From Eledone cirrhosa (Eukaryota): DNA of 64,000 nt. How positions within the stretch are numbered: position 1 is the stretch's first letter; every line of letters begins with the position of its first letter. The translations under genes were made by a program, and so were the position numbers. A model generated the notes under the pieces. It searched no databases and was not told where the DNA came from. It saw only the letters and a program-made list of their open reading frames with translations. Positions 27,506 through 43,128 of this stretch are shown piece after piece. The stretch lies in contig OZ024763.1 in assembly GCA_964016885.1 (NCBI GenBank), positions 4,216,001 through 4,280,000 of the forward strand, read 5' to 3'.

Positions 27506-30147
27506 ATATATATATATAATAGGCTACTGCACAGTTTCCATCCATCTAACAAATTCCATTCACAACCTGAAGCTATAGTAAAAGACACTTGCCTAATGTG
27601 TCACACAGTGAGACTGAACGCCAAACCATGTGGCTATGAAACAAATTCCTTAACGACACAGACATGATAAGAAAGTCATAGCCAAGTAATTGGTGTCATT
27701 TGTCATGGTAATTAGTACACAGTGACAGTCTAAACAGGTGGAGATTCTTAGGTTGATATTTTGTGTAGAGCTTACTTCGAACTGCCAGAGACAAAAGAAG
27801 TTTGTGTCATGTAAGTTAGTCAACGGACAAGGAAAGGAAACATACTTAGTTTCATTAGGCCGTCCTATCACAATGGATTTAGTGAATAGCATTTGTGTTG
27901 GTATTTCATTATAAAGGTGGTGGTCATGGTGATGAGGAAGAGATGTTTGGGGACAGAATTCTTTCTGTCTTTTAAATAATTCTCGTAATCTCATTTGGCT
28001 TGATTATTGTTTACAGAAAGCTTTGGTTACTTTTAATACCAGAGAAACAAAAGGGAAGGAAGAAGACTTATAACTATGGTTTGGAGATTTCCTATTTACT
28101 ATATAAACTATAGAATATATTGTTTAGTGGTTAGGGTGTTTGTCTGGCTATTGTAAGGTTGTGAGTTGGATTCCTGGTGGTGTATTGTATCATTGAACAT
28201 AATACTTTATATCATGTTCTCCAGTCCACACACCTGGCAAAAGTGATATGTACCTGGAATTCAGAGGTATAAGTCTTGTCACTTAATGAGTCATGCAGAA
28301 TCTCCCTGAGAACTATGTAATGTACATGAATCTGTGGCATGCTCAGCCACTTACACAATATTACAAAAAGGACTGTACATGTAATTCAGAGGAGCCATCC
28401 TTGTCACTCAATGTGTCATGCTGAATCTCCCTGAGAACTACGTTAACCCATTACCATTTACATTACTCTATATTTGCTATTGTATTTTCATGATAAAGGT
28501 TTTACCTCACATAATATTGAATCTATGAGATTTTGATATATATTTTGAGAACAATACCTTAACATCAGTATGAGGGGCTGGTTACAGCCAGTTTGAACAG
28601 AAAGAAGTGAGAGAATTCCTGCCGAGTTAAATGCTAAAGGGTTAAGAATACATGCGTCTATTGAATGCTCAGCCACTAATATGTTACTTTCACAGCAGGT
28701 TGTTCCATTGTGGTGTCTGATTTAGACACCACAATCATAAGGTCATGTGTTTGATTCCCAGTGGTGCGCTGTGTCCTTCAGCAAGACACTTTATTCCACA
28801 TTGCTCACTCCACTTAACTGGCACAATGCAAAACATGAGCTGCACCTGTAATTCAAAGAGCCTATCTTGTTATATCCTGTGTCACACTGAATCTCCCTGA
28901 GAAATACACTAAAGGTACACGTCTGTGGAATGCTCAGCCACTTCTATGTCATCTGGAACACTCATCAGTGTGTCTGTTCTGTGTGGTTAATGAATACAAT
29001 ACCTTGGAGTATTGCCTCTCCTAGATGAAGAAAATCATGTCTTGCTTCAGTGGCTTGAGTTATCACAAACATCGAAGCCCAGCTTCCAGTTTGTGGATGC
29101 CTTCTCCTTTCTCTTCCACCTGTCTCAGGAGCCCTAAAAAGGGTCATCAGTAGTCTCTTTCCCTTCCACCAGTATCTGAGGCCCTAAAAAAGGTATTCTA
29201 CAGTGCCCTTTCCCTCCACCAGTTGTGGAGGTCATAAAAAGGGTCATCAGTTGTGTCCTTCCCTTCTGACTAAACAGTTAAAAGAAAGGCAATAGGTTTA
29301 TATTAATGGCATTGTTGTCTTGATACAGTTAGGCTACTGGCCTAGATATTGGGCTGTGACCCTCAATATTGGGCTACTGGCCTAGATATTGGGCTGTGAC
29401 CCTTAATATTGAGCTACTGGCCTAGATATTGGGCTGCAACCTTGAATATCAGCTTGTGACCTAGATATTTGGCTATTGACATAGATATTGAGCTTTTGGC
29501 CTACATATTGGGCTCTTGACTGAATATTGGTGTGTGACATAAATGTTGGACTATTGACCTAAATATTCAGATTACTGACCCCTCAAGCATGAAGTCCTGT
29601 ATCTATGATGTTTAACCCATTAGCATTTACATTATATATACTATTGTATTTTTGTGTTGTTAGGTTTTATCTTACATACTATTGAATCTATGAGATTTTG
29701 ATATTATTTATTTTGCGAACAATTCTTTAACATCAGTATGAGCAGCTGGGTTGAACAGGAAGAGGTGAGAGAATTCTGACCGGATATGGCCGGTTTAAAT
29801 GCTAAAGTGTTAAATATTAACATTTATAGATCAGGTGACACATATTAAACCTTTTAATATCAACCTGTCCAAAACCTGCCTTGGGTTCTGTGAAACAAAC
29901 CCCTCCACGTTAAAGTACTTATTTAAGTTCCAGCATTATTTTATATAAGAACTTTTTAAGTTATGTTAGAAATACCATCTTAATGAAAGAATAAAAGGTT
30001 AATAACCCCAATTCTTCATTGATAAATTCAAATAAAGTATATAGTTGTCCCCCCAGTATTCGCAGGAGTTATATTCCTAGAGCACCCACGAAGAAGGAAA
30101 AACTGCAAATATTGGACATGATCCATAAAAATGCCTATAAACGTCAA

Positions 30148-31660
30148 AACATAATGTAAAATATAATAAAAAGGGAGCATCTTATGTAAACATAATGTAA
30201 AATATAATAAAAAGGAAGCATCTTATGTGAACATAATGTAAAATATAATAAAAAGGGAGCATCTTATGTAAACATAATGTAAAATATAATGAAAAAGGGA
30301 GCATCTTATGTAAACATAATGTAAAATATAATAAAAAGGAAGCATCTTATGTAAACATAATGTAAAATATAATAAAAAGGGAGCATCTTATGTGAACATA
30401 ATGTAAAATATAATAAAAAGGGAGCATCTTATGTAAACATAATGTAAAATATAATAAAAAGGGAGCATCTTATGTAAACATAATGTAAAATATAATAAAA
30501 AGGGAGCATCTTATGTAAACATAATGTAAAATATAATAAAAAGGGAGCATCTTATGTAAACATAATGTAAAATATAATAAAAAGGGAGCATCTTATGTAA
30601 ACATAATGTAAAATATAATAAAAAGGGAGCATCTTATGTAAACATAATGTAAAATATAATAAAAAGGGAGCATCTTATGTAAACATAATGTAAAATATAA
30701 TAAAAAGGGAGCATCTTATGTAAACATAATGTAAAATATAATAAAAAGGGAGCATCTTATGTAAACAATGTAAAATATAATAAAAAGGGAGCATCTTATG
30801 TAAACATAATGTAAAATATAATAAAAAGGGAGCATCTTATGTAAACATAATGTAAAATATAATAAAAAAGGAGCATCTTATGTAAACATAATGTAAAATA
30901 TAATAAAAAGGGAGCATCTTATGTAAACATAATGTAAAATATAATAAAAAGGGAGCATCTTATGTAAACAATGTAAAATATAATAAAAAGGGAGCATCTT
31001 ATGTAAACATAATGTAAAATATAATAAAAAGGGAGCATCTTATGTAAACATAATGTAAAATATAATAAAAAAGGAGCATCTTATGTAAACATAATGTAAA
31101 ATATAATAAAAAGGGAGCATCTTATGTAAACATAATGTAAAATATAATAAAAAGGGAGCATTTTATGTAAACATAATGTAAAATATAATAAAAAGGGAGC
31201 ATCTTATGTAAACATAATGTAAAATATAATAAAAAAGGAGCATCTTATGTAAACATAATGTAAAATATAATAAAAAGGGAGCATCTTATGTAAACAATGT
31301 AAAATATAATAAAAAAGGAGCATCTTATGTAAACATAATGTAAAATATAATAAAAAGGGATCATCTTATGTAAACATAATGTAAAATATAATAAAAAGGG
31401 AGCATCTTATGTAAACATAATGTAAAATATAATAAAAAAGGAGCATCTTATGTAAACATAATGTAAAATATAATAAAAAGGGAGCATCTTATGTAAACAT
31501 AATGTAAAATATAATAAAAAGGGAGCATCTTATGTAAACATAATGTAAAATATAATAAAAAAGGAGCATCTTATGTAAACATAATGTAAAATATAATAAA
31601 AAAGGAGCATCTTATGTAAACATAATGTAAAATATAATAAAAAGGGAGCATCTTATGTGA
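30148..31660. repeat. 41-bp minisatellite (aacataatgtaaaatataataaaaagggagcatcttatgta), about 37 copies
   Basis: Visible directly. Preceded by a DNA-transposon-like end (tagttgtccccccagtattcgcaggagtt). Confidence 0.95.
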
Positions 31661-32007
31661 AGGGGCGTCCAATAGGCCGACAAATACAGTATTTTGTTAT
31701 TAATAATTTAGCGTTTAAAAAAAATCCATAATGAAAGGGTTAATTTGGTATGTGAGACAGCTGACACCCAGAGGTCAAATAGCTCCAGTATCCCATTAGT
31801 GTTGCTGTAGTGTGGAGTTTATGACTAAAACATTTAATGTTCACTCACCTTCCTCTTCCCCCCCTCCACCGTTACCACCTCCACCACCACCATCACTACC
31901 ATAACTACCACCACCACTGTCACCCTGTCTTGTCTAGCTTTATATAGGTACCACAGTAGAAAAAATAACTTCACACTGTAATTAGAGGCTGTATTATGAA
32001 ATTGAGA

Positions 32008-35000
32008 CCACCAAAACCACTACCGCCACCATCCACCCTCACCGACACCAACACCACTACCGCCACCATCCACCCTCACCGACACCAACACCACTACTGC
32101 CACCATCCACCCTCACCGACACCAACACCACTACTGCCACCATCCACCCTCACCAACAACAGCACCACTACTGTCACCATCCACCCTCACCAACACCACT
32201 ACTGCCACCATCCACCCTCACCAACAACAGCACCACTACTGCCACCATCCACCCTCACCGACACCAACACCACTACTGCCACCATCCACCCTCACCGACA
32301 CCAAAACCACTACCGCCACCATCCACCCTCACCGACACCAACACCACTACTGCCACCATCCACCCTCACCAACAACAGCACCACTACTGCCACCATCCAC
32401 CCTCACCGACACCAACACCACTACTGCCACCATCCACCCTCACCGACACCAACACCACTACTGCCACCATCCACCCTCACCGACACCAAAACCACTACCG
32501 CCACCATCCACCCTCACCAACACCAACACCACTACTGCCACCATCCACCCTCACCGACACCAAAACCACTACCGCCACCATCCACCCTCACCGACACCAA
32601 CACCACTACTGCCACCATCCACCCTCACCGACACCAACACCACTACTGCCACCATCCACCCTCACCGACACCAACACCACTACTGCCACCATCCACCCTC
32701 ACCAACACCAACACCACTACTGCCACCATCCACCCTCACCGACACCAACACCACTACTGCCACCATCCACCCTCACCGACACCAACACCACTACTGCCAC
32801 CATCCACCCTCACCGACACCGACACCACTACCGCCACCATCCACCCTCACCGACACCAACACCACTACCGCCACCATCCACCCTCACCGACACCAACACC
32901 ACTACTGCCACCATCCACCCTCACCAACACCACTACTGCCACCATCCACCCTCACCGACACCAACACCACTACTGCCACCATCCACCCTCACCGACACCA
33001 ACACCACTAGTGTCACCATCCACCCTCACCAACAACAGCACCACTACTGCCACCATCCACCCTCACCGACACCAACACCACTACTGCCACCATCCACCCT
33101 CACCGACACCAACACCACTACTGTCACCATCCACCCTCACCGACACCAACACCACTACTGCCACCATCCACCCTCACCGACACCAACACCACTACTGCCA
33201 CCATCCACCCTCACCGACACCAACACCACTACTGCCACCATCCACCCTCACCGACACCAACACCACTACCGCCACCATCCACCCTCACCGACACCAACAC
33301 CACTACCGCCACCATCCACCCTCACCGACACCAACACCACTACCGCCACCATCCACCCTCACCGACACCAACACCACTACTGCCACCATCCACCCTCACC
33401 AACACCACTACTGCCACCATCCACCCTCACCGACACCAACACCACTACTGCCACCATCCACCCTCACCGACACCAACACCACTACCGCCACCATCCACCC
33501 TCACCGACACCAACACCACTACTGCCACCATCCACCCTCACCAACACCACTACTGCCACCATCCACCCTCACCGACACCAACACCACTACCGCCACCATC
33601 CACCCTCACCGACACCAACACCACTACCGCCACCATCCACCCTCACCGACACCAACACCACTACTGCCACCATCCACCCTCACCAACACTACTACTGCCA
33701 CCATCCACCCTCACCGACACCAACACCACTACTGCCACCATCCACCCTCACCGACACCAACACCACTACTGCCACCATCCACCCTCACCGACACCAACAC
33801 CACTACTGCCACCATCCACCCTCACCGACACCAACACCACTACTGCCACCATCCACCCTCACCGACACCAACACCACTACTGCCACCATCCACCCTCACC
33901 GACACCAACACCACTACCGCCACCATCCACCCTCACCGACACCACTTCTGCCACCATCCACCCTCACCAACACCAACACCACTACTGCCACCATCCACCC
34001 TCACCAACACTACTACTGCCACCATCCACCCTCACCGACACCAACACCACTACTGCCACCATCCACCCTCACCGACACCAACACCACTACCGCCACCATC
34101 CACCCTCACCGACACCAACACCACTACCGCCACCATCCACCCTCACCGACACCAACACCACTACTGCCACCATCCACCCTCACCGACACCAACACCACTA
34201 CCGCCACCATCCACCCTCACCGACACCACTTCTGCCACCATCCACCCTCACCAACACCAACACCACTACTGCCACCATCCACCCTCACCAACACTACTAC
34301 TGCCACCATCCACCCTCACCGACACCAACACCACTACTGCCACCATCCACCCTCACCGACACCAACACCACTACCGCCACCATCCACCCTCACCGACACC
34401 AACACCACTACTGCCACCATCCACCCTCACCAACACTACTACTGCCACCATCCACCCTCACCGACACCAACACCACTACTGCCACCATCCACCCTCACCG
34501 ACACCAACACCACTACTGCCACCATCCACCCTCACCGACACCAACACCACTACTGCCACCATCCACCCTCACCAACACTACTACTGCCACCATCCACCCT
34601 CACCGACACCAACACCACTACTGCCACCATCCACCCTCACCGACACCAACACCACTACTGCCACCATCCACCCTCACCGACACCAACACCACTACTGCCA
34701 CCATCCACCCTCACCGACGCCAACACCACTACTGCCACCATCCACCCTCACCAACACCACTATTGCCACCATCCACCCTCACCGACACCAACACCACTAC
34801 TGCCACCATCCACCCTCACCGACACCAACACCACTACTGCCACCATCCACCCTCACCGACACCAACACCACTACCGCCACCATCCACCCTCACCGACACC
34901 AACACCACTACTGCCACCATCCACCCTCACCGACACCAACACCACTACTGCCACCATCCACCCTCACCGACACCAACACCACTACTGCCACCATCCACCC

Positions 35001-35500
35001 TCACCGACACCAACACCACTACTGCCACCATCCACCCTCACCGACACCAACACCACTACTGTCACCATCCACCCTCACCAACAACAGCACCACTAGTGTC
35101 ACCATCCACCCTCACCAACACCACTACTGCCACCATCCACCCTCACCAACACCACTACTGCCACCATCCACCCTCACCGACACCAACACCACTACTGCCA
35201 CCATCCACCCTCACCGACACCAACACCACTTCTGCCACCATCCACCCTCACCAACACCAACACCACTTCTGCCACCATCCACCCTCACCAACAACAGCAC
35301 CACTAGTGTCACCATCCACCCTCACCAACACCACTAGTGTCACCATCCACCCTCACCAACACCACTACTGCCACCATCCACCCTCACCGACACCAACACC
35401 ACTACTGCCACCATCCACCCTCACCGACACCAACACCACTTCTGCCACCATCCACCCTCACCAACACCACTACCGCCACCATCCACCCTCACCAACAACA
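32008..35500. repeat. 37-bp C/A-rich minisatellite (ccaacaccactactgccaccatccaccctcaccgaca) with 31-bp variants, 3.5 kb
   Basis: The 37-aa periodicity of the spurious ORF equals 3 x 37 nt. Confidence 0.95.
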
Positions 35501-35548
35501 CTATCACTAACATCAACCCCCCAATGCCACCTCTATCACCACTGTCAC

Positions 35549-36056
35549 ATGAACAGGATTGACATGCGCAGCCGGGTCTGGAAGTGGTGTCATGACTGGC
35601 AAATGTAAAATCAGCCAACTGGAATTTGCAGACGACATGGTGTTACTTAACTCAACAGATGATCTTTGACTTGCACTTGATGGGTTTGATGCTGAGTGCT
35701 GCATGGCTGGAATGAAAATCAGTGCTGCGACAACTCAGACATTCGTCCTCTCAAGGAAGCCTGTACCATGTAAATGGAGTTCCACTGAAGCAGGGAGAGA
35801 AGTTCAAATATCTCAAGGTCGTGTTCACAAGTGATGGAAGACAGAAGGCTGAATTAAGTGCAAGAATTGTAAAAGCTGGTGCAGTAATGCACCAGCTTCA
35901 GTAATCAGAAGGGAGTTAGGTGTAAAAGCCAAACTCGCTCTTTTCAATTTGGTTTTCGTGCCAACCCTTACCTATGGTCATGAATCTTGGGTAATGACCG
36001 AAAGAATGCGATTGCGAATACAAGCTGCCGAAATGGGATTCCTCCAAAGGGTCTCA
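35549..36056 (+). pseudogene. RTE-clade (Expander/Rex3-like) LINE reverse transcriptase remnant
   Basis: ISQLEFADDMVLL, EKFKYL, FVPTLTYGHESWVMTERMRLRIQAAEMGFL, with stops and frameshifts. Confidence 0.9.
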
Positions 36057-37369
36057 AAGTAGCACCCACTTAGAGAACTTCTGTACAGAATATACGGGTC
36101 AGTAAATGGTTGCTGTCTGAGATCTAGTATAGGTGTTTAGTTTATAGTTGGCTTTGATTTTTTTCACTGTATTATTTACAAGACATTTGATGGTCTTATT
36201 TCATGGATAACTTCGGGTTTCTTCTAAATGTATTTATGTTCAGGCTTAGATATTTGACAATCTTGTTTACATATATGTACATAAAAACATTGTATGTTCC
36301 TTCATATATGCCTCTATTAGCATTTACAATGTGCGATATATTTCAAATTAAGGTTTTGTAGGTCCAGTAGATAAGTAAGTTACATGTGGGGGCTCATATT
36401 TTCATGGAAAAAAGTATAATACATCTATTTGTATATATGTAGATGTTATGTTTATTGCATATCAAAGTTTTTTGTATCTTGGTTAATATCTGTTAATAAC
36501 GGCTAAACTAATTACTATAACTAAATTGACCAAATTTGCCCCTCACCCCAATTCAGACATGCTTCCACTGCCCCTGAATATATACAACAAATCTCTAATC
36601 ACTCCTGATCAGTTATTTACAGTGTTGGGGAAATTTTTCAAATATTATTTACATTTATAATCTGGCTTGGTCAAAATGTCTACAGAATATAGGGGAAGAA
36701 TAAATAAAATCTAGAAAAAAACCAAACAAGAGAAAAAACATTGTTAATCTTATTTACTTGTGAGCTGACTTATTATTTCTACCTAAAATAGTCAGTCGTA
36801 AGATCAAACGAACAAATTACTATGGTTGCAGTACTAAGCTTTGTACCTTCTCATTGATGGGATGATGTACATAGCTTTTAATTAAAATCTGCTCATTAAC
36901 AAAATATCTTCCAGAACTAATAATGAGTAGACTATCCCAAAATGAGAACCATTTCCTTTTCTAGCATTAATTACTTGTATTGCATCTAAAACAGGATATG
37001 TAGAAATCAGCCAGCTTTTAAAATCATCATTATTACTATTATTATTGTTATATAACAGGGCAAAGTGGTGAGATGGTAGGGGTGTTAGAATGTCAGAGGA
37101 TTTGTGCTACTTATTCCAGTTTATGTTCTCAGTGCAAATCCCACTGAGGTCAACTTTGCCTTTCATACTTCTGGGATCAATAACATAAAGAACCAGTTAA
37201 GTACTGGGGTTAAATAATTCACTTAACTCTTCCCCTAAATTGCTGGCCTTGTGCCTATGTTAAAAACAATTATTAACAAATATTTTTAGAAGTTATCCAG
37301 GGCCCATGGTTAACTTCCAGAAATACCTGACCTATTAATATTACTAGGAGGGGTGGACAATGTTGGTTT

Positions 37370-37880
37370 GAGATAAACTCTACAGGTATGGAAGTGTTGT
37401 CAGCCAGGTGTGTCCAAGATGCACACAGGGCAATGAAACACTCCTGCACACACTCATCTCGTGTTCGAGTATTGCTGCTGTCGTGGAAGAGATCTGGTTA
37501 TCAGCTGAGTACCTTGTGAAGATTGCCCTGCCACCTTTCTTTAGCTGGGAAGGGTAGATAGTTTTTATATGACTGGTGGCCATGACGAAGGAAGTTGACA
37601 ATCCCTCATTGAGTTTCAGGAAAATTAGGGTGAAGAGGGAAGTCTAGCCTTCCAGCCACTTTGATGTTGGATGAGAGTGGTGAGTGCAGTCCAAGAAGAG
37701 AGGCCTGTAGATCAGGTCAGAACTGGGAAAAGGCACTTACCTTAGTGCTCAGGGTGATCATAGTTTTTTTATGTTTTTCCCATGAGTGACCCTCAGAAGT
37801 CCCCCCCCCCCCATTGAAGAATTTTCTTTGTTATAATTTGACTTTTTTGTTCTTGTTATCTCCCTTGTTTACACTCAAAG
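37370..37880 (+). pseudogene. L1/Tx1-type LINE ORF2 C-terminal zinc-knuckle (zf-RVT) remnant
   Basis: DKLYRYGSVVSQVCPRCTQGNETLLHTLISC (CxxC-x8-H-x4-C), followed by a poly-C, T-rich 3' tail. Confidence 0.7.
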
Positions 37881-38109
37881 CCCATGCACACACATACAAT
37901 GTATTATTATTATTATTATTACAGTATAAGTAGAGCGTCGGACACGATGCTTCATGGCATAGTTATGGCCCTTTACATTCTGAGTTCAAATCCCGCCTTT
38001 CATCCTTACAAGGTCGATAAAATAAAGTACCAGTAATGCACTGGGGTAATTGCTGGGCTTGTGCCTAAAGTAAAAAGAATCACCACCATTATTATTATTA
38101 TTATTAGTA

Positions 38110-38295
38110 GGGCGGTAGATTGGCAGTATCGGTAGAGGGTCGGACGCCATGCTTTCCAGCATAGTTACGTCCCTTTACGATCTGAGTTCAAATCCCGCCG
38201 AGGTTGACTTTGCCTTTCATCCTTACGGGGGTCGATAAAATAAAGTACCAGTAATGAACTGGGTAATTGCTGGCCTTGTGCCTAAAGTAGAAACA

Positions 38296-38343
<48 letters not shown>
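38110..38343 (+). mobile_element. Full-length SINE family A copy with (TTA)n tail
   Basis: gggcggtagattggcagtatcggtagagggtcggacg...gtagaaacaa(tta)n; near-identical to 61641-61826. Confidence 0.85.
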
Positions 38344-38345
<2 letters not shown>

Positions 38346-38564
38346 AGCAGGGCTGTGGATTGGCAGAAGCAGTGGAGCTTCAAAAGACTGGTGTTTGTTC
38401 TGACATTATTCATATCCTGTTGATCTTAACTTTGCCTTTCATTTTTTCATAGTCAATAACTGAAGGGGTCATGAGTTAGGCATGTCAGGTGCTTACCACT
38501 TCGTCTGCAGCACATTATCATCATTGTCCTTGAATTCTTAAGTAGTTTTTAATGAGGCACAAGA

Positions 38565-39145
38565 CTAAAGTATTGAGTTCATTGTGTCACTTCACAGACG
38601 GCTGTGCAGTTAATAGTGTTGAGTTTATTGTGTCACCTCACGGACAGCTGTGTAGTTAATAGTGTTGAGTTTATTGTCACCTCACGGACAGCTGTGTAGT
38701 TAATAGTGTTGAGTTTATTGTGTCACCTCACAGTAAAAGTATTGAGTTTATTGTGTCACCTCACAGTAAAAGTATTGAGTTCATTGTGTCACCTCACAGA
38801 TGGCTGTGTAGTTAATAGTGTTGAGTTTATTGTGTCACCTCACAGTAAAAGTATTGAGTTTATTGTGTCACCTCACAGTAAAAGTATTGAGTTTATTGTG
38901 TCACCTCACAGTAAAAGTATTGAGTTCATTGTGTCACCTCACAGATGGCTGTGTAGTTAGTGTTGAGTTTATTGTGTCACCTCACAGTAAAAGTATTGAG
39001 TTCATTGTGTCACCTCACAGATGGCTGTGTAGTTAGTGTTGAGTTTATTGTGTCACCTCACAGTAAAAGTATTAAGTTTATTGTATCACCTCACAGTAAA
39101 AGTATTGAGTTCATTGTGTCACCTCACAGATGGCTGTGTAGTTAA
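38565..39145. repeat. Mixed-unit minisatellite (gtattgagtttattgtgtcacctcacag core) from a SINE-like head
   Basis: Visible directly. Confidence 0.85.
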
Positions 39146-42009
39146 AAGCTTTACTTCACAACCTCATGGTTACTGTTTCTATTTCACTACACAGCACCTT
39201 GGCCAGGGGTTTTCTGCCACAACCCCTATGTTATCCAATGCCTTGTTAGCAATGTTTCCATTATTTCACTACACAGCACCCGACAAGTGTCATTAGAACA
39301 TTGGAACATGGGGTACATGGCATTGCTGTATTTGTTCTGATTCTGCTCCGAGTTTCAAAACCTGCTGAGATCGACTTTGTTTTTTATTCTTTCAAGGTTA
39401 ATAACAAATAAAATACCAGTAAAATACTGGGATCCATTCTCTCTCTCACTTTCTCCTTCTCTGGAAGAAATCAGCTATATTCAGACCTGGAGTGGGGATG
39501 GGCACCACCAGGTTTAACCCTTTAATGTTCAAACTGGCCAGAATTCTCTACCTTTTTCTGTTGAAACTGGCTGTAACTGGTCACTCAAACTGATGTTAAG
39601 GTATTGTTCTCAAAATAAATATTTTCAAAATCTCATAGATTTGATATTATGTGAGATAATTATGTGAGGTAAAGCCTTTACCATGAAAATATAATTGTTT
39701 CTACGTTAGGCACTAGGCCAGCAATTACCCGGTGTATTACTGGTACTTTATTTTATCGACCCCGTAAGGATGAAAGGCAAAGTTAACCTCGGCGGGATTA
39801 AATATAATAGTATATATAGAGTAATGTAAATGCTAAAGGGTTAAAATGCACATGACCCGCTTCATATCATTGCAGTGTCCTTATGACTTCTCTGGGTGTT
39901 ACAGGTAAAAAGAGAGCGATATGGTATACATCAAGGTTCTATAGTTTCTGTCTTCCACATGTCACCTACAAGCAATTCTCCCTTTAAGCTGCACATGTGC
40001 ACAGCCATGCAGTTGCTGTATTGGTGCAACATACATCAGTGACTCTGATTAAGTACTGTCCTGGTCTGTGACAACCCATCCACCCCTTGCTAACGAGGGT
40101 CGGACGCCATGCTTTGACGCATAGTTACGGCCCTTGCCATTCTGAGTTCAAATCCCGCCGAGGTTAACTTTGCCGTTCATCCTTACGGGGTCGATAAAAT
40201 AAAGTACCAATAATGCACTGGGGTGATTGCTGGCCTTGTGCCAAAAAGTAGAAACAATTAAATGAGGATGAGGGTGATGGTATTAGTATTTAGAATAGTG
40301 GTTCTTAACCTTTTTCTATCGTGGCACCCCTTGAGATTTTGAAATTCCATCCCACATTCCGCCTAGCATATGACAAAAGAACTTGAATATTCAGGTCAAA
40401 TTATCAGCTTCTTAGTTGCTACTAATTAATTAATTAACTACTATGATTAATAAATACAATTTTTTTTAAATAACAGAAAATAGCCAATCAAAATATTTAG
40501 TCTTTAATGTGGCTTCCGTTCTGGCTTTTTCTCTGCACCCACAAGAACTGAATCTCGCACCCCTTGGAGGTGTTGGCACCCCAGGTTAAAAACTACTGAT
40601 TTAGAATATAGTAATATACCCTGGTATAGTATATTAGTATTTATCATATAATCAACCCTTGTACAGTATATTTATCATATAGCAATATATAACCTAGTGA
40701 AGTATTAGTATTCTCATATAATAATATATCTGTGTATATTGTTCATGATAAAGGGGAGCAATAAGCTAAGTTAGTCATGGTGAGATTGGTAAAGGAACAA
40801 ATTTAATCCTTCCATTACAATATTTCTTATGAAAGTCGCTGCCTATGATTTTAAATTAATTTAAAAAATAATGAAGTAATTTGAGAGATTTAGATATACT
40901 TGTATATTTAACTTATTTTTATTATTCAGCTAATGTTTGGAGCATAACTTAACAAAGGTTCTTAAATAAAATTATAATGGAAGGATTTTAGATAAATCTA
41001 AACACTAACCGTTTTGTTACCATATTTCTAATAGATTGCATATAAAAGTACATTTTAGTCAGACTGCTTCAAGATTTATAACTTACTTTTAGAATTTGTA
41101 TCTCAGAATAATGATGCTAGGTTACTAATGCTCAGCCTCTCTCCCCACTTATCTACAGACTTAGCACCATGACTAACCATCTTAATAGAACTACTTACAC
41201 CTGACACTGTGAACTAAAGACAAGCAGGTCTCTTACATGGTCGCTTGACTTGCTAGAAATAGTAGCCAGACAACACCATTCTGAGAATATGGAATGAGTC
41301 GTTTTAATAATGTATAGTTCTGTGAATTAATGAGGGAGATGAAGTAAGCATCTCTTACATGGTAGCTTGATTTGATAGAAATAACAGCTAAACAACACCC
41401 TATTATCTTAACTCTTTCATAACGGTATTTCTAATGAAATATACTCTATTTCAATTAAATGACATTTTTTGAGGGATTTACTAAAATTGTTAATTATTCC
41501 ATGATTAAGATAGTAACTTAACATATGACTCTTATACAAAATTATGTTGGAATATTTTAATTTAAATAGGAACACTGTATTTCAATTAATTAAGGATTTT
41601 GAGGGATTTACTAAAATTTTCCAGAACTAGAGCTGATTTTGGCTGGGTTGGTAGCAAAATGTTTAAACTAGAGAATGAGTCATTCATTTTGAGGTTGTAG
41701 TTCTATGAACTAATCAGTTGGGGGGGCCTCTCTTACTGGGTCACCTGATATGCTAAAAATAGTAGTCGAACAACATGGTTTTGTCTTAAAATAGGGGAAT
41801 GAATCATTTTGGTAATGCAAGGTAAATTCTAGGCTTGGTTGACTTAAATAGTTGAAATGAAACTCGGGTCATGAGTAAAATAATTGTTTCTACTTTTGGC
41901 ACATGGCCAAAAATAATGGTGATGCCACAGCATGACCCCAACCCATGAGCTGGAATAAATAAAAGAGTGAAAAGTAAAAGTGATGTTTTTTCACTCAAAT
42001 CTCTTTCAC

Positions 42010-42397
42010 ACAGTACAGTGCCCCATTGTACCAGTAATTTACTGTACCTTACAATCCCTAAACTATATATACAGTAGAACCGTCTAACCCATGCTAGCGT
42101 GGAAAATGGATGTTAAACGAAGATGATGATGATGAACCTCACAGTACAGTGCTCCATTGTACCAGTAATTTACTGTACCTTACAATCCCTAAACTATATA
42201 TACTAGATGAACCTCACTGCCTTATTGTACCAGTAATTTACTGTACCTGACAATCCCTAAACTATATATACTAGATGAACCTCACAGTCCAAGTGCCTTA
42301 TTGTACCAGTAATTTACTGTACCTTACAATCCCTAAACTATATATACTAGATGAACCTCACAGTCCAAGTGCCTTATTGTACCAGTAATTTACTGTA
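42010..42397. repeat. About 75-bp imperfect tandem repeat (ttgtaccagtaatttactgtaccttacaatccctaaactatatatac)
   Basis: Five partial units, interrupted once by a SINE tail. Confidence 0.85.
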
Positions 42398-43074
42398 TGA
42401 GCTGAAGCTCGTGCAAATGCCTGTCTTGTAGTAGGAGTGGAAATCCGCAGTATGAGCAAGTTTCATACAAGCGACCTCTAGTCAGTGCTGAGCCCACACA
42501 CGTTCTCCAAACAAGTGCAGCCTCCGCTCAGTTCAGGGGTTTATCTCGTGGCAGCATTCCTATTGTGTTTTTCCAGTGTTTTTTTTTTTTTAGTTTAGTT
42601 TTGTGTGTTTTTTGCTATTATTTTATAATAACTGCACCTTTTTTGTTTTACAACCCATAACAAAATTATTTTTGGGTGGTTTTGGGTGGCTGGAACAGAT
42701 TATTTATATTTTAATAAATTTCAATGGAGAAAATTGATTTGTAAAATGAGTAAATTGTAAAATGAGCTCAGTCATGGAACAAATTAAACTTGTACTGCAA
42801 GGTGTCACTGTATATTGTCATTGTACTGTATTGTTCATCTGTGTTGTTTTTCTTCGTTGACTTCTGTGTGTATGTGAGCATTAGTTGTGTATATGTATGC
42901 AAAAGGAAGCAATTATCCAGGCATATTTATATTATGTAAGTCTATTTTATGAGTATATATATATTTGTATGTGTGTATATATATTCCTAATTTCCCAAGT
43001 ATTTGTGTCTACATACATATAAACACACATATATGTATAATATGTACATAGAACAGGTTAAAGACATCCTTAAT

Positions 43075-43128
<54 letters not shown>

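Noticed and set aside
31996-35337. 1113-aa Pro/Thr/His-rich 'mucin-like' ORF
   Set aside because: It is a 37-bp minisatellite read through all three frames in rotation. The unit lacks stops by composition.
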